Assembly (NCBI GenBank): GCA_963702205.1
Contig: OY969724.1
Span: 3,200,001 to 3,264,000, forward strand
Reading direction: 5' to 3'
From: an uncultured candidate division Zixibacteria bacterium
GTDB taxonomy: Bacteria; Zixibacteria; MSB-5A5; GN15; PGXB01
DNA: 64,000 bases
Part shown: positions 28,391-38,445 of the stretch, in pieces
Numbering within the stretch: position 1 is the stretch's first letter
How the letters are laid out: each line of letters opens with the position of its first letter
Notes under the pieces: generated by a model
The model's input: only the letters and a program-made list of their open reading frames with translations
What the model was told of the DNA's origin: nothing
The model's database searches: none
Position numbers and translations under genes: made by a program

Positions 28391-30511
28391 TTATGGGCAG
28401 GCCGGGGCCGGGCCGGGAGGATCACCATAAACAAAATCGATCAAATAAAGGACATCCAGCAGGTTTACCTGGTTGTCTCCGTTAACGTCGCCCGATGCCA
28501 TCGGCTCGGGAGCCGGGCCGCGCGGACTGCTGTATATAAAGTCAATCAGATAGAGAATATCGACGAGATTTACAGCACCGTCCGAAGCCGCGTCGCCGCA
28601 CATGTACGGCAGCGTAATGCTTCCGACTTCGTAAATCGGCGAATAATTCAGGATATCCCAATAGAAGGTCGGTAACTGCGTCAAATAGCCGCCGACCATT
28701 ATCGGCGCCGACTGGCTCGCATTCGCTCCCGATGAAATCCGAAAATACAATTTCAAAACCGGTCCGGAGCCGGGCGCCAGGTCCGGCGTGGACGGTTGAT
28801 TATTGTAAAGCGTGAAAGTCGCCCTCTGGCCCCACGGGTCAGAATGTATTAGCGCCAGGGTATCGAAGTAAGCCGTACGACAGCCTTCTTTGGTGTATGA
28901 TTCCAGCGAGATGTTCATGCTTCCCTGTCCGTACTCGACCGGAATTTTTATTTTTGAAAGGGGTACGGTATTGTTGACATAAATCGGCACTTCGACCAGG
29001 TCTCCCGGCGCGCCGGTCACGGTGCCGCTAATCATGGTATCGGCCAGCGAAATCACGCAATTGGTTCGGTTGTAAACCGAGGTATCCGTCCCAGCCACGA
29101 CGCAGGCGGCGACGTCGAAACGCCCCGGCTGGCTGTACGTATGGAGCGGAGATTGCACGGTCGCCGAATCGCCGTCACCGAAAGACCAGATCCACTGGTC
29201 CGGGCTAAGAGTCGTGACGCCGCTGAATGAGACGTCGAAAGGCACCTGACCCCAGGTCGTATCCATGGTAAACATAACGCCGCGATCGGGTTCGATTCCG
29301 GTCAGCATCCATTCCCAGTACGTGGCGCACCCGTCCCACGGGCAATAGAGATTATCCACGGTGTACCAGGTATTGTGCGAATCGGACCAGCCGTAATTCA
29401 TGTGTACCTGGTCCAGGCCGAGAACCTGCCTCCAGCCGTCACAGACAATGGAGTGACTGTAAATCTGATATTGTATCAGGCGATTGGCCTCGATTTCCTG
29501 ACGAATCATGTTGGACCAGTCGTAAAGCGAAAAATCCGTACGGTCGCGCTCCTGGACCGTGTTCATGTAGCGAAAATAATTGTGATAAACGGCCGCCGAA
29601 TTTGACATATAGCTACCCGACCCGCAGACACCGTAATCCATATCGAAAGCAATGCCGACTTCGTAACACAATTCGGACAGTGCCGCCATCTGGTCGGCGT
29701 CGCATCCGCCAAGGCATTGATCCGGCATGTTATCCCAATCATAAGAATCATTGTAATCCGCCGTCAGAGTCTCACCCGGCGATGATCCGTTGCAGGACTG
29801 GTCGCCTGCCCAATAATAATTTTTCGTACCCTGGCCTTCGGGCGGCCACTGGTAATAGTGCATGATTTGCGAAGCGGCCGTCGCCACGCACCCGACCACC
29901 GTCCGACCACCGTCGCCGATCGGACAAATACTGTTGTACGGGTACCCCTGGTCCCACCTCGAAGTCATCAGCGGACCGACGTCGTTGGCATCCAGCACCG
30001 CTTTGTCGGCCAGTTGTGCCTTAAAGGCGTTATCATCGAGCAAAAATTGGTCCCACTGTTGTCGACCCGAGGGGTCAAACACCGGCCGGCCTTTGCTGAC
30101 CTGCGCCGCCTCAAGACTGCCGTTGGCAGAAATATAAATTCTGGCCTGGTGGATGAGGACTGCCTTGATGATACCACCAAAACTCTCGGGGTCATCCAGA
30201 TTAAGCGGCGATTCATCGGAGTATGCTTTAATGGGAGACTCCTCCATCAGAATCGGCACGACAATATATCCCGCCGGCGCTATGTCGTAGCAGCGACCGA
30301 GCAGAGTATCGTTGACGATTATATCGCGGACTTTATCGACTTTCGGGGCGTCGGTACCGGCCCACCCGCCTTTTTCCTGAACTATATAATTGAGCAGGTT
30401 GCGGGATACCTGATCGGTTTGTGCGCGCGATGCGACCGTTGCCTGTACTTGCGATCCCAGAATGATCAAAAATGAAAAAACCACGACAAACGCATTGAAC
30501 CTGAATGACAT
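28391..30511 (-). CDS. Secreted C10 (streptopain-like) cysteine peptidase with propeptide, PKD, cohesin-like and dockerin-like domains
   Basis: WDQGYPYN, VGCVATAASQIM, HSIVCDG, HMNYGW; PKD WSFGDG; cohesin-like GAPGDLVEVPIYVNN..LAPGSGPVLKLYF; two GDxxxDxxVNL.D repeats; GGAGG SD. Confidence 0.9.
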   Translation of the reverse strand: MSFRFNAFVVVFSFLIILGSQVQATVASRAQTDQVSRNLLNYIVQEKGGWAGTDAPKVDKVRDIIVNDTLLGRCYDIAPAGYIVVPILMEESPIKAYSDESPLNLDDPESFGGIIKAVLIHQARIYISANGSLEAAQVSKGRPVFDPSGRQQWDQFLLDDNAFKAQLADKAVLDANDVGPLMTSRWDQGYPYNSICPIGDGGRTVVGCVATAASQIMHYYQWPPEGQGTKNYYWAGDQSCNGSSPGETLTADYNDSYDWDNMPDQCLGGCDADQMAALSELCYEVGIAFDMDYGVCGSGSYMSNSAAVYHNYFRYMNTVQERDRTDFSLYDWSNMIRQEIEANRLIQYQIYSHSIVCDGWRQVLGLDQVHMNYGWSDSHNTWYTVDNLYCPWDGCATYWEWMLTGIEPDRGVMFTMDTTWGQVPFDVSFSGVTTLSPDQWIWSFGDGDSATVQSPLHTYSQPGRFDVAACVVAGTDTSVYNRTNCVISLADTMISGTVTGAPGDLVEVPIYVNNTVPLSKIKIPVEYGQGSMNISLESYTKEGCRTAYFDTLALIHSDPWGQRATFTLYNNQPSTPDLAPGSGPVLKLYFRISSGANASQSAPIMVGGYLTQLPTFYWDILNYSPIYEVGSITLPYMCGDAASDGAVNLVDILYLIDFIYSSPRGPAPEPMASGDVNGDNQVNLLDVLYLIDFVYGDPPGPAPACP

Positions 30512-30682
30512 TTTGGCCTCCAATAATGGGCGGTGGCGATGAGGGTAAACTTGTAATTCCAATATTAAATATACAATGTGTCTCTATTTTGTCAACTACT
30601 ACAATTCAATACGGCTCATATATGATATTGAATAATAATGATTTAGAGGAGACCAAATTTTGGCAATACGGGCCGATCAAGC

Positions 30683-31750
30683 CTAATTTGCCGAAGATTG
30701 CGAGGTGCCCATCAGGCGGCTGATCATGCTGAGTTCCGGAACCTGTTCCATGATAATTTTGAAAAGCACAAGAAGTGGAACCGACAGAAACATCCCCCAG
30801 ATTCCCCAGATATAGCCCCAGAATACGAGGCCGAATATGACGGTCAACGTATTAAGCCGCAGGCGGTTACCCATGATGATCGGCTCGATGACATTGCCCA
30901 TGACGTTTTGGACGGCAATCAAACAGATTAGAACCAGGATCATAATCCTGGCCGAATCGAACTGTATGACGGCCATTAAAAAAGGCGGCAGGACGGCAAT
31001 AATCGACCCGATGGTCGGGATAAAATTCAAAATAAAGGCCAGCAGTCCCCAGAAGAAGGCGAACTTGATGCCGAATATCATGCAGATGACAGCGGTCAGG
31101 AGCCCGGTGACGACGCTGATAGCCGTCTTTATTTTCATATACGATATTATCGACTGCTGAATGCTTTCATAATTCTGTACGAAGCGGCTGTTCATATTAT
31201 TGCCGCTGACATACGCCAGGAAAGTTTTATAACGCGGCATACTGGCCAGCAAAGCCACATAATAAAGCACGAAGATGAAAAACGAACCGGTGAAATCGCC
31301 GATGGTACTGGCCGCCTGACCGATGAGCGATGATATCGTGCCGGGATTCAACTGAGACGTTATGAATTCGAAGTCAAAGCTGGTTTTGAAATATTTCTGG
31401 GTTACGGTGTCGATCCATGAGAAAACCGAATCGAGCTTCAGATTAAGACGACTCAGAAGATAGCTCTGCTGTGAGCTTATATCCTGGCCCGTCTGCCACG
31501 CGATTTGAAAGATCAAAAATAATATCAGCAGGGTAACGATCGCGATTATCGGCAATATGAGCCAGCCGGGGAATTTCTTCTTTTTTAAATAGAGCGCGAA
31601 CGGCTGAAACAGGCTGGCACAAAGAAAAGCCAGAACCAACGGGATCAGCAGTGAGGACAGCAGTGAAATAAGATAAATTATCAGAGCGAAAAAGAAGAAT
31701 ATCAATATGCTTTTGGCCGTCTTGTCTTCCAGAATTTCCGTCATACCCAC
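30683..31750 (-). CDS. AI-2E family transporter
   Basis: LNFIPTIGS, GNVIEP.IMG, FWGYIWGIWGMFLSVP. Confidence 0.92.
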   Translation of the reverse strand: MGMTEILEDKTAKSILIFFFFALIIYLISLLSSLLIPLVLAFLCASLFQPFALYLKKKKFPGWLILPIIAIVTLLILFLIFQIAWQTGQDISSQQSYLLSRLNLKLDSVFSWIDTVTQKYFKTSFDFEFITSQLNPGTISSLIGQAASTIGDFTGSFFIFVLYYVALLASMPRYKTFLAYVSGNNMNSRFVQNYESIQQSIISYMKIKTAISVVTGLLTAVICMIFGIKFAFFWGLLAFILNFIPTIGSIIAVLPPFLMAVIQFDSARIMILVLICLIAVQNVMGNVIEPIIMGNRLRLNTLTVIFGLVFWGYIWGIWGMFLSVPLLVLFKIIMEQVPELSMISRLMGTSQSSAN

Positions 31751-31845
31751 TTTCCGATAAGAGTAATCAACACAGCCCCAATTTCCGGAAAATAGCGAGC
31801 CAAGTAAAGAAAGAAATTTAATAATTATCCCGTCAGGATTGCCGA

Positions 31846-34800
31846 CTAATCCCGGGTCGGGGCGATTTTCATTATTCTTCCGATTACGTTGCTCAGGTCA
31901 CTGGCCCGGTACGGTTTGGCGAGCCGTCCGCAAAAACCATAATCTTCATACCGCGCCATCACCGGATCGTTGGAATAGCCGCTGGACACGATCGCCTTCA
32001 GTTCCGGGTCTATATCGTGGAGAGCGCGGATAATATCTTTGCCGCCAATGCCTCCGGGGATGGTCAAGTCAATCATAGCGGCATCGAATGGTTCGGCTTT
32101 TTCACGCGCCTGCCGGAAAAGGTCCAGAGCCTCCTCCCCGTTGGATGCTGCACTTACTTCAAATCCCATTTTCCCGAGAATGTTGCTCGCCAGTTTGCAC
32201 ACCCATTCGTCGTCGTCTATCACCAATATTCTGCCTTTGCCCGAAGCCAAACCCGCCGCTTCGTTTGAAATCACTTCCTCAGGCTTCTCGGTGGCGGGCA
32301 GATAAAGCGTAAAAGTTGTCCCCTTACCGGGTACCGATTCGACGTCAATGTGACCACCGTGCTTCTTGATAATCGAATAACAACTGGCCAGTCCCAAACC
32401 GTTTCCATTGGCTTTGGTAGTGAAAAACGGGTCGAAAATCTTCTTCATTATTTCCGGTGGAATACCATGACCCTGATCAGTGATCGATATCCTGACGTAG
32501 TCACCTTTATCCAAAGGCAATCGACTCGGATGAGTTACCCGCGTATTGGCCGCCTGGACGAATATCGTTCCACCCCTGGGCATGGCCTGAATGGCGTTAA
32601 TTATCAAATTGTTGACTACCTGGCTGAATTGGCCGACGTCTACCTCAACCCGGAAAAGTTCGGGCTCGATATTATATTCTCCGATCACGCTGGCACCGTG
32701 GAGGGAGAATGATACTGTCTCCTTTAGCAGCTTTTGTACGTTGGCGATCTTTTTAATGGGCTCTCCTCCGCGAGAGAAGGTCAAAAGCTGCTGCGTCAAG
32801 TCACGGGCTCGTTCCGAAGCATTTTCCGCCTTACTAAGCAGGCCGAATACTTCCGAATCGGGGCCAAGGTTAAGCTTGGCCAAAGATATATTTCCCAGTA
32901 TGGCCACGAGTATATTGTTGAAGTCATGCGCGATGCCGCCGGCCAGGATTCCGATAGATTCCAGCTTTTCGGCCTTGAGGAGTTCTTTCTCCATTTTAAG
33001 ACGATCCGTGATGTCTTCAGTAACTTCTATGACTGATTCAATACTGCCGTCTTCTCCTTTTATCGGAGCCGACAGAATTCTATAATTCCTGATTTCATCG
33101 CCCGCAGGCGTTTCTGTAATACTCTCATGCACCTGTCCGTCTTTAAAGGTCCTGGTAACGGGACAATAGGTGCAGACGTCTTCGCGGGGCGGATCGTTAA
33201 AGGCGCAAAAGCAGTGCGGGTTTCCGCTGAAATCAACTTCGGGGTACCATTTCTTCATTTGCCTGTTTAAAGCCTGGACTCTCATATCGGGATCGACCAA
33301 AGTCACACCGATAGCCATATTGTCGACGACACTGCGGTATCTGGTTTCGCTTTTTCTGAGTTCCTCCTGGATGCGACGTTGTTCGGTAACGTCGCGCAAG
33401 ATTAGCATGCAAAGTGGCTCGTCAAGACGTATTAGCGTGCCGGATATTTGTGCAATATATTCCTGACCGGATTTCCCTAATAGTACAATTTCATAAGCCG
33501 GGACCTGTTCGCCATTCAATCTTTTCCGGAAGTTCTCCTCTATTTTAAAATGCGAGGCGGGGTCAATAAACGATAAATCCTTCGCGAGTTTGCCCAGATA
33601 ATATTCTTCACCGTATTCAAGCCATTCGTGCATTCTCTTATTGACCGACAATATCCTTGATTCACGGTCGATCAAAATGATCCCGTCGGGAGATAATTCA
33701 TAAAGCGATTTATATTTTTCTTCACTCAGACGAATGTTTTTTTCGGCTTCTTTTATATCGGTGATATCCTGAGTCGTGCCGTAAAGTTCGGTGATCTTGC
33801 CGGTTTCATTATAGCGGGGAAAGCCCTGCGTGCGTACATTGTGGACGGTTCGGTCGGGATGAATAATTCTCAATGTCAGATCGTAAGGGTTACCATCTTG
33901 GCATCCCGCAATGGCCTTTTCGAATATATCCCAATCGTCGGGATGAATAAATTTCCTATATCCTTCAAATTCAGGGGCGCCGTCTTCGGGATTTAAACCA
34001 AATATTTTGAATCTCATCCGGGACCATTCCGGTCGCCGGGTCTCAAGATTATATGACCAATACCCTATCCGGGCCATCTCCTGCGCCGCTTCGAGGGACT
34101 GGTTCAGATTGCTTAAGTGCTGCTCAAAATAAATACGTTCGGTCACGTCTCTTAAAACGACCTGGACGGAATCCCGGTCATTGTCGAAACTAACCTGGCG
34201 CGCATTTGCCTCGAGAATTACCCGATTGCCTTGTTTCGTTATTATTGTAAGCAAAAAAGGCGGGCGCTTTAGACCGCCTATAATAGCCTCAAACTCTTCC
34301 AGACCGGTTTCGATCGATTCCTTCGTCAACAAGCCAATCTCGGTAAATTGTTTGCCGATGACTTCGTCTTGCGAATATCCTGTAACCAGTTCGGCTCTGA
34401 GGTTATAAGATTTAAAACGTCCTTCCCGGTCAAGTGAGACGATTATGTCAGGCGATTGCTGGACTAACTGCGAGTATTTTCTTTCGCTTGCTTTGAGTTG
34501 TTCCTCGGCTATTCGCCGCTCGGTTATATCAGTAAATACCGTTGCGAATTGATTCTTTTTTGGGCTAAAGGCGACAACTTCGAAATATTTGTTTAGAGCG
34601 CCGGTATAGTTTTCGAATCTTATTGAAACGCCGGTCAGGGCCACCTTGCCATACGTATCAATCCAATAATCTTCTATTTTCGGCAGGACTTCCCGGGCCG
34701 TCTTGCCGATAACTTCCGATGCCTTCAGTCCGGTAAGCTTCTCGAAGGCCGGATTGATTTTAAGAAAACGATAATCTATCGGCTTGCCTTTTTCATCGCA

Positions 34801-35793
34801 TATAATTTCGTGGACCGCGAACCCGTCGAGCATAGTGTTAAAAAGATGCTGGTACCGTCTTTCGCTTTCGGACAGAGCCAGTTCCGCTTCCATTTGCTCC
34901 GTAATATCCTGAACTGTCCCCCGCATTTTGACACATTTGCCGTTTTCAAAAACGGGTTTACCAAAGACCCGAAACCATCGCAGTTCATTGTCTACCGTAT
35001 AACACTGCAGTTCCAGATCGAAAGGTGTCCCGTCGTTAATTGACCGAGTGTACGCCTCTTCGAGCACCTTGCGATATTTCGGAGGGTAATAGCTCAAATG
35101 ATCGTTTACTCCGGGTGGATCAACCGATGGATCGATACCTATTAAATCGTAAAGCGTACGAGTCCAGACGGCTTTGCCCGTGACAAGGTCGTGCTCCCAC
35201 CCGCCGATTTGCGCCATTTGTCCGGTTTGGTCCAGAATCTGCTCGCTCGCCCGAAGTTTTTCTTCGGCACGTTTCTTCTCGGTAATATCCTGCGCAGTGC
35301 ACAGCATCCCGTCATATTCGCCGTCTTTAAGGCGAGGAATCAGCCAGCCGGATTGTACCGTTTGGCGACCGGAAGGGGTGACTATTTCAGCTTCGTACTT
35401 CTGTGCTTTAAGATCTCGCTTCGCTTCTTCATAGAAACCGATAAAATATTTTATGGTCTCGGGCGGAAAGTCCCTCGTCACCTTTTTCCCCAATACTTCG
35501 GCAGATTGTATACCCGCATTCTTCTCTATACCGGGGTTGAGATAGATCAGAGCATCATTTTTATCTGTCACCCAAATACCGTCGTTAACATTATCCAGAA
35601 TAGTCTGATAGAATTCTTTCAAACCGGCGATTTCATCACCGATCATATTATTTAAATTATCTTCTGAAATTGTTTGAGATCGTATTACGGGCATAGGCCC
35701 CGTCCCGGTTGTTTTGGCAAATGATTCAAACCCCATAAGTTTCGCCCCTTGAATTTTCTGACTGATAATCTTCGGAGCTCGGCTCAGATTCAT
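31846..35793 (-). CDS. Cytoplasmic multi-PAS hybrid histidine kinase with receiver domain
   Basis: About seven PAS/PAC repeats ending in DITE/DVTE; LAGGIAHDFNN; NLIINA; PFFTTK..G.GLGL; C-terminal REC; start uncertain. Confidence 0.92.
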   Translation of the reverse strand: MNLSRAPKIISQKIQGAKLMGFESFAKTTGTGPMPVIRSQTISEDNLNNMIGDEIAGLKEFYQTILDNVNDGIWVTDKNDALIYLNPGIEKNAGIQSAEVLGKKVTRDFPPETIKYFIGFYEEAKRDLKAQKYEAEIVTPSGRQTVQSGWLIPRLKDGEYDGMLCTAQDITEKKRAEEKLRASEQILDQTGQMAQIGGWEHDLVTGKAVWTRTLYDLIGIDPSVDPPGVNDHLSYYPPKYRKVLEEAYTRSINDGTPFDLELQCYTVDNELRWFRVFGKPVFENGKCVKMRGTVQDITEQMEAELALSESERRYQHLFNTMLDGFAVHEIICDEKGKPIDYRFLKINPAFEKLTGLKASEVIGKTAREVLPKIEDYWIDTYGKVALTGVSIRFENYTGALNKYFEVVAFSPKKNQFATVFTDITERRIAEEQLKASERKYSQLVQQSPDIIVSLDREGRFKSYNLRAELVTGYSQDEVIGKQFTEIGLLTKESIETGLEEFEAIIGGLKRPPFLLTIITKQGNRVILEANARQVSFDNDRDSVQVVLRDVTERIYFEQHLSNLNQSLEAAQEMARIGYWSYNLETRRPEWSRMRFKIFGLNPEDGAPEFEGYRKFIHPDDWDIFEKAIAGCQDGNPYDLTLRIIHPDRTVHNVRTQGFPRYNETGKITELYGTTQDITDIKEAEKNIRLSEEKYKSLYELSPDGIILIDRESRILSVNKRMHEWLEYGEEYYLGKLAKDLSFIDPASHFKIEENFRKRLNGEQVPAYEIVLLGKSGQEYIAQISGTLIRLDEPLCMLILRDVTEQRRIQEELRKSETRYRSVVDNMAIGVTLVDPDMRVQALNRQMKKWYPEVDFSGNPHCFCAFNDPPREDVCTYCPVTRTFKDGQVHESITETPAGDEIRNYRILSAPIKGEDGSIESVIEVTEDITDRLKMEKELLKAEKLESIGILAGGIAHDFNNILVAILGNISLAKLNLGPDSEVFGLLSKAENASERARDLTQQLLTFSRGGEPIKKIANVQKLLKETVSFSLHGASVIGEYNIEPELFRVEVDVGQFSQVVNNLIINAIQAMPRGGTIFVQAANTRVTHPSRLPLDKGDYVRISITDQGHGIPPEIMKKIFDPFFTTKANGNGLGLASCYSIIKKHGGHIDVESVPGKGTTFTLYLPATEKPEEVISNEAAGLASGKGRILVIDDDEWVCKLASNILGKMGFEVSAASNGEEALDLFRQAREKAEPFDAAMIDLTIPGGIGGKDIIRALHDIDPELKAIVSSGYSNDPVMARYEDYGFCGRLAKPYRASDLSNVIGRIMKIAPTRD

Positions 35794-35930
35794 GTCAGAT
35801 TTCTTGGTCCTCTTGTCTACAAGTTTTATCGGTAGATTTGGACTAAAATCAACGAAAGCAACAAGATGGGGTCCGATCTGATTTGATTGTGATAATTGAT
35901 TTGTTTCGCTATTTTCGGTCCAATAAAAAA

Positions 35931-35957
35931 TAGCGGTGCAGGGACTTGAACCCCCGA
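35931..35957 (-). other. 3' tRNA fragment (T-arm plus 3' acceptor strand, tRNA-Met-like), probable att site
   Basis: Minus strand TCGGGGGTTCAAGTCCCTGCACCGCTA; no D-arm, anticodon arm or 5' acceptor strand upstream. Confidence 0.65.
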
Positions 35958-36209
35958 ATCACTCAGACCCTCGCCTCCAATATATGACGCACCAATAGAT
36001 AATAGCGCAAGTCATTATGCGGCATAATTTTCCAAATGATATGTATTTGAGTCTATTTTAAATCAACTGAATTGAATTGAATGAGTTTTGAATTGAAAAT
36101 GATACAAATCCGTCATAAAATATGAAAGTCGGCTTGTTTGATCTGCGTACGAACCAGCAATATCAGGGCGACCTGATTTGGCTGCCCTTTTATTTACGTA
36201 AAATCCCAA

Positions 36210-36326
36210 TTACTTTAAAAGTATCATTTTCCTGCAGTCATCAAAGTTGCCGGCCTTAATCCAATAGAGATATACCCAGGAAGTGACTTCTTCGCCGTAC
36301 TCATTTTTACCATCCGAATTTACCAT
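36210..36326 (-). pseudogene. Degraded FlgD-Ig/T9SS-CTD-like C-terminal fragment
   Basis: MVNSDGKNEYGEEVTSWVYLYWIKAGNFDDCRKMILLK resembles the WDG.N..G..V.SGVY.Y...RKM.LLK consensus with substitutions. Confidence 0.6.
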
Positions 36327-36760
36327 GGGGGAGTCCCGACCGTATAGTCGGCCACCATTACTATAACGTAATGGTGTACAAATACTTGAGCCCCTATAAT
36401 TTTAGCCGGTATTTTTTCATGGATACTGCAAATAAAAATATGATCACCCGTTGGGAGTCCCTTTGTGAAATTTGACATATTCTTGATGATTTTCTGCATG
36501 GCCAATTACACCACATCATTTTGAGCCATTATTTATCATTTGCAGCTATTGCAGTCAATCAAAGAAGTTTCTGGCAAAAATAAATCCTGGTGAATGTTCA
36601 CGAATAATCCTGCATGATTTATATTAATCAGGCTGTTTAGCCACTCATCAAGGGGAAGGAAATATGAGAATTATCGGCATGAAAAAATAAATGAAATCAT
36701 ACTCACCTGGGCCAATTTAATATTTATATATGCTGGGAATTCGATAAATTAATATCATTT

Positions 36761-38419
36761 ATGTGGTATTTAAATAACGGCGGTGGAAGCAACCAATTTA
36801 TAGGCACAAAAATGATGTTAAGGGTAAAGACATTGGGGCAAAAATTGGTGAAGCGGCCTATGAATGATTCGCAATTAAGATGGCTATTTATAGCAATAAC
36901 TGCAGTTAACATTATTCCTATAATTATCGTAAGGCATGTTCCTGCGGTTGATCTGCCCAACCATGTTCTGGCGGCAGCCGTGGCTATAAACAAAGCCCAA
37001 TATTATCCGCAAGGACCATTGACATTTAAATTTTTCTTTTCGCCGTATATCTTATTTACCGTAATCATAACCGCCCTGCTGCCAGTTTTCGGGAAAATCT
37101 GGGCGACCAAAATCGTCCTTCTGGCATACTCGGTGGGTCTACCATTAAGCGTCCTGAAGTACATTAAAGCTTTTAATCAAGAAAGCTGGCCGCTGGCGTT
37201 TTTAATTTTCCCATTTGTTTATTCATATCATTTTGAATTCGGTCTGATTCAATATTGCATAGGTATTCCATTGGTGTTTTTGGCATTGGCTTATAGCAAA
37301 AAACTGTTCGATCGAACAGATACTATTTCGGTATTGCTTATTATTTCCATTCTTGCAATCGCCATATACTTTAGTCACTGGGTTGATTTTCTGGCCTTCT
37401 CTGTTGGGTTTACGGCAAAGTATCTGTCATTAATTATTCGTCATAAAAACAGTATCAATAACAGACTGAGCAAGATAGATCGAACCCTGATTTTTGTCAA
37501 ATCCGCGGCCATTTTTATGGCACCGCTCATATTTTTCGGAATTTACCTATCACAGGTATGGAGACGATCACAAATGAGCCACCTTACGATGGCGAACTTC
37601 CAATATAAAAGTATTTTGTGGCAGATCATAGAGCCGATGAGGACGCTCTTTTCCAATAGTCTGCTTGCCCTTGACATAATACAAATATTCATTTTGGCGG
37701 CACTTATTATCCTGGCCTTTATGATTCGAAAAAGAAGGCCCTCAACAGCCGGAGGAGTTCTGCCATTCGGATTAATAATGTTACTGCTGGCGACCTTGAT
37801 ACCGGGCCAGGCGTTTTTAAGTTCCTGGAGCCAAAATTCTCGATTTGTCGTGTTCGCTTTCGTGCCGATTATTGCCTGTATCTCTTTGCCATATGGAAGT
37901 TGGCGTAATATCGGCCCAATAGTCATGACCGTGCTGGTCGTCGTCCTGACAATTTTCCGGGCCGAATACTACATAAAGACCGATCGTATTGCCGACGAAT
38001 ATCTCGGCGCCTTGAAGACGGTGGTCGGAAGCGGCAAGAATGTTTACAACCTGCTGGCGGGAGTTCCCGATCCACGGCCGGGAAACCTGCCCGTCTTCAT
38101 GCACACCATATCGTACTTTCACGTCGATTCCGGCGGATATAGCCCGTTTCTCTTTGACTTTCAGCCCTATGTGTCAGGATTGAGTGCCGATATCGATTTG
38201 CCAAAAGGACCGGAATATTCAGAGTGGGAAAAAGTGAATCCGAAATCATTTTATAGAACCCTGTCGCGCTGGGATTATCTGGCTGTAATGCATTGCGGAC
38301 AACCGGTGCCGGATTATATAAAACGACTCCAACCGCTAATAAAATATAGCGGGCCGAATTGTACTATTTATACGACCACCGGGATAACTGATCTGATACC
38401 CGAAGATTCGGTCCCTTAA
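36761..38419 (+). CDS. Polytopic membrane protein, possibly GT-C-fold glycosyltransferase
   Basis: N-terminal P.VDLPNH loop, more than 10 TM segments, 'YFSH' and 'SRF' motifs; start uncertain. Confidence 0.55.
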   Translation: MWYLNNGGGSNQFIGTKMMLRVKTLGQKLVKRPMNDSQLRWLFIAITAVNIIPIIIVRHVPAVDLPNHVLAAAVAINKAQYYPQGPLTFKFFFSPYILFTVIITALLPVFGKIWATKIVLLAYSVGLPLSVLKYIKAFNQESWPLAFLIFPFVYSYHFEFGLIQYCIGIPLVFLALAYSKKLFDRTDTISVLLIISILAIAIYFSHWVDFLAFSVGFTAKYLSLIIRHKNSINNRLSKIDRTLIFVKSAAIFMAPLIFFGIYLSQVWRRSQMSHLTMANFQYKSILWQIIEPMRTLFSNSLLALDIIQIFILAALIILAFMIRKRRPSTAGGVLPFGLIMLLLATLIPGQAFLSSWSQNSRFVVFAFVPIIACISLPYGSWRNIGPIVMTVLVVVLTIFRAEYYIKTDRIADEYLGALKTVVGSGKNVYNLLAGVPDPRPGNLPVFMHTISYFHVDSGGYSPFLFDFQPYVSGLSADIDLPKGPEYSEWEKVNPKSFYRTLSRWDYLAVMHCGQPVPDYIKRLQPLIKYSGPNCTIYTTTGITDLIPEDSVP

Positions 38420-38445
38420 AGACAATCATCGGGGAATCACATCAT

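Noticed and set aside
35900..36010. Intact tRNA gene
   Set aside because: Only the T-arm and 3' acceptor strand are present; the upstream sequence cannot form D or anticodon arms.
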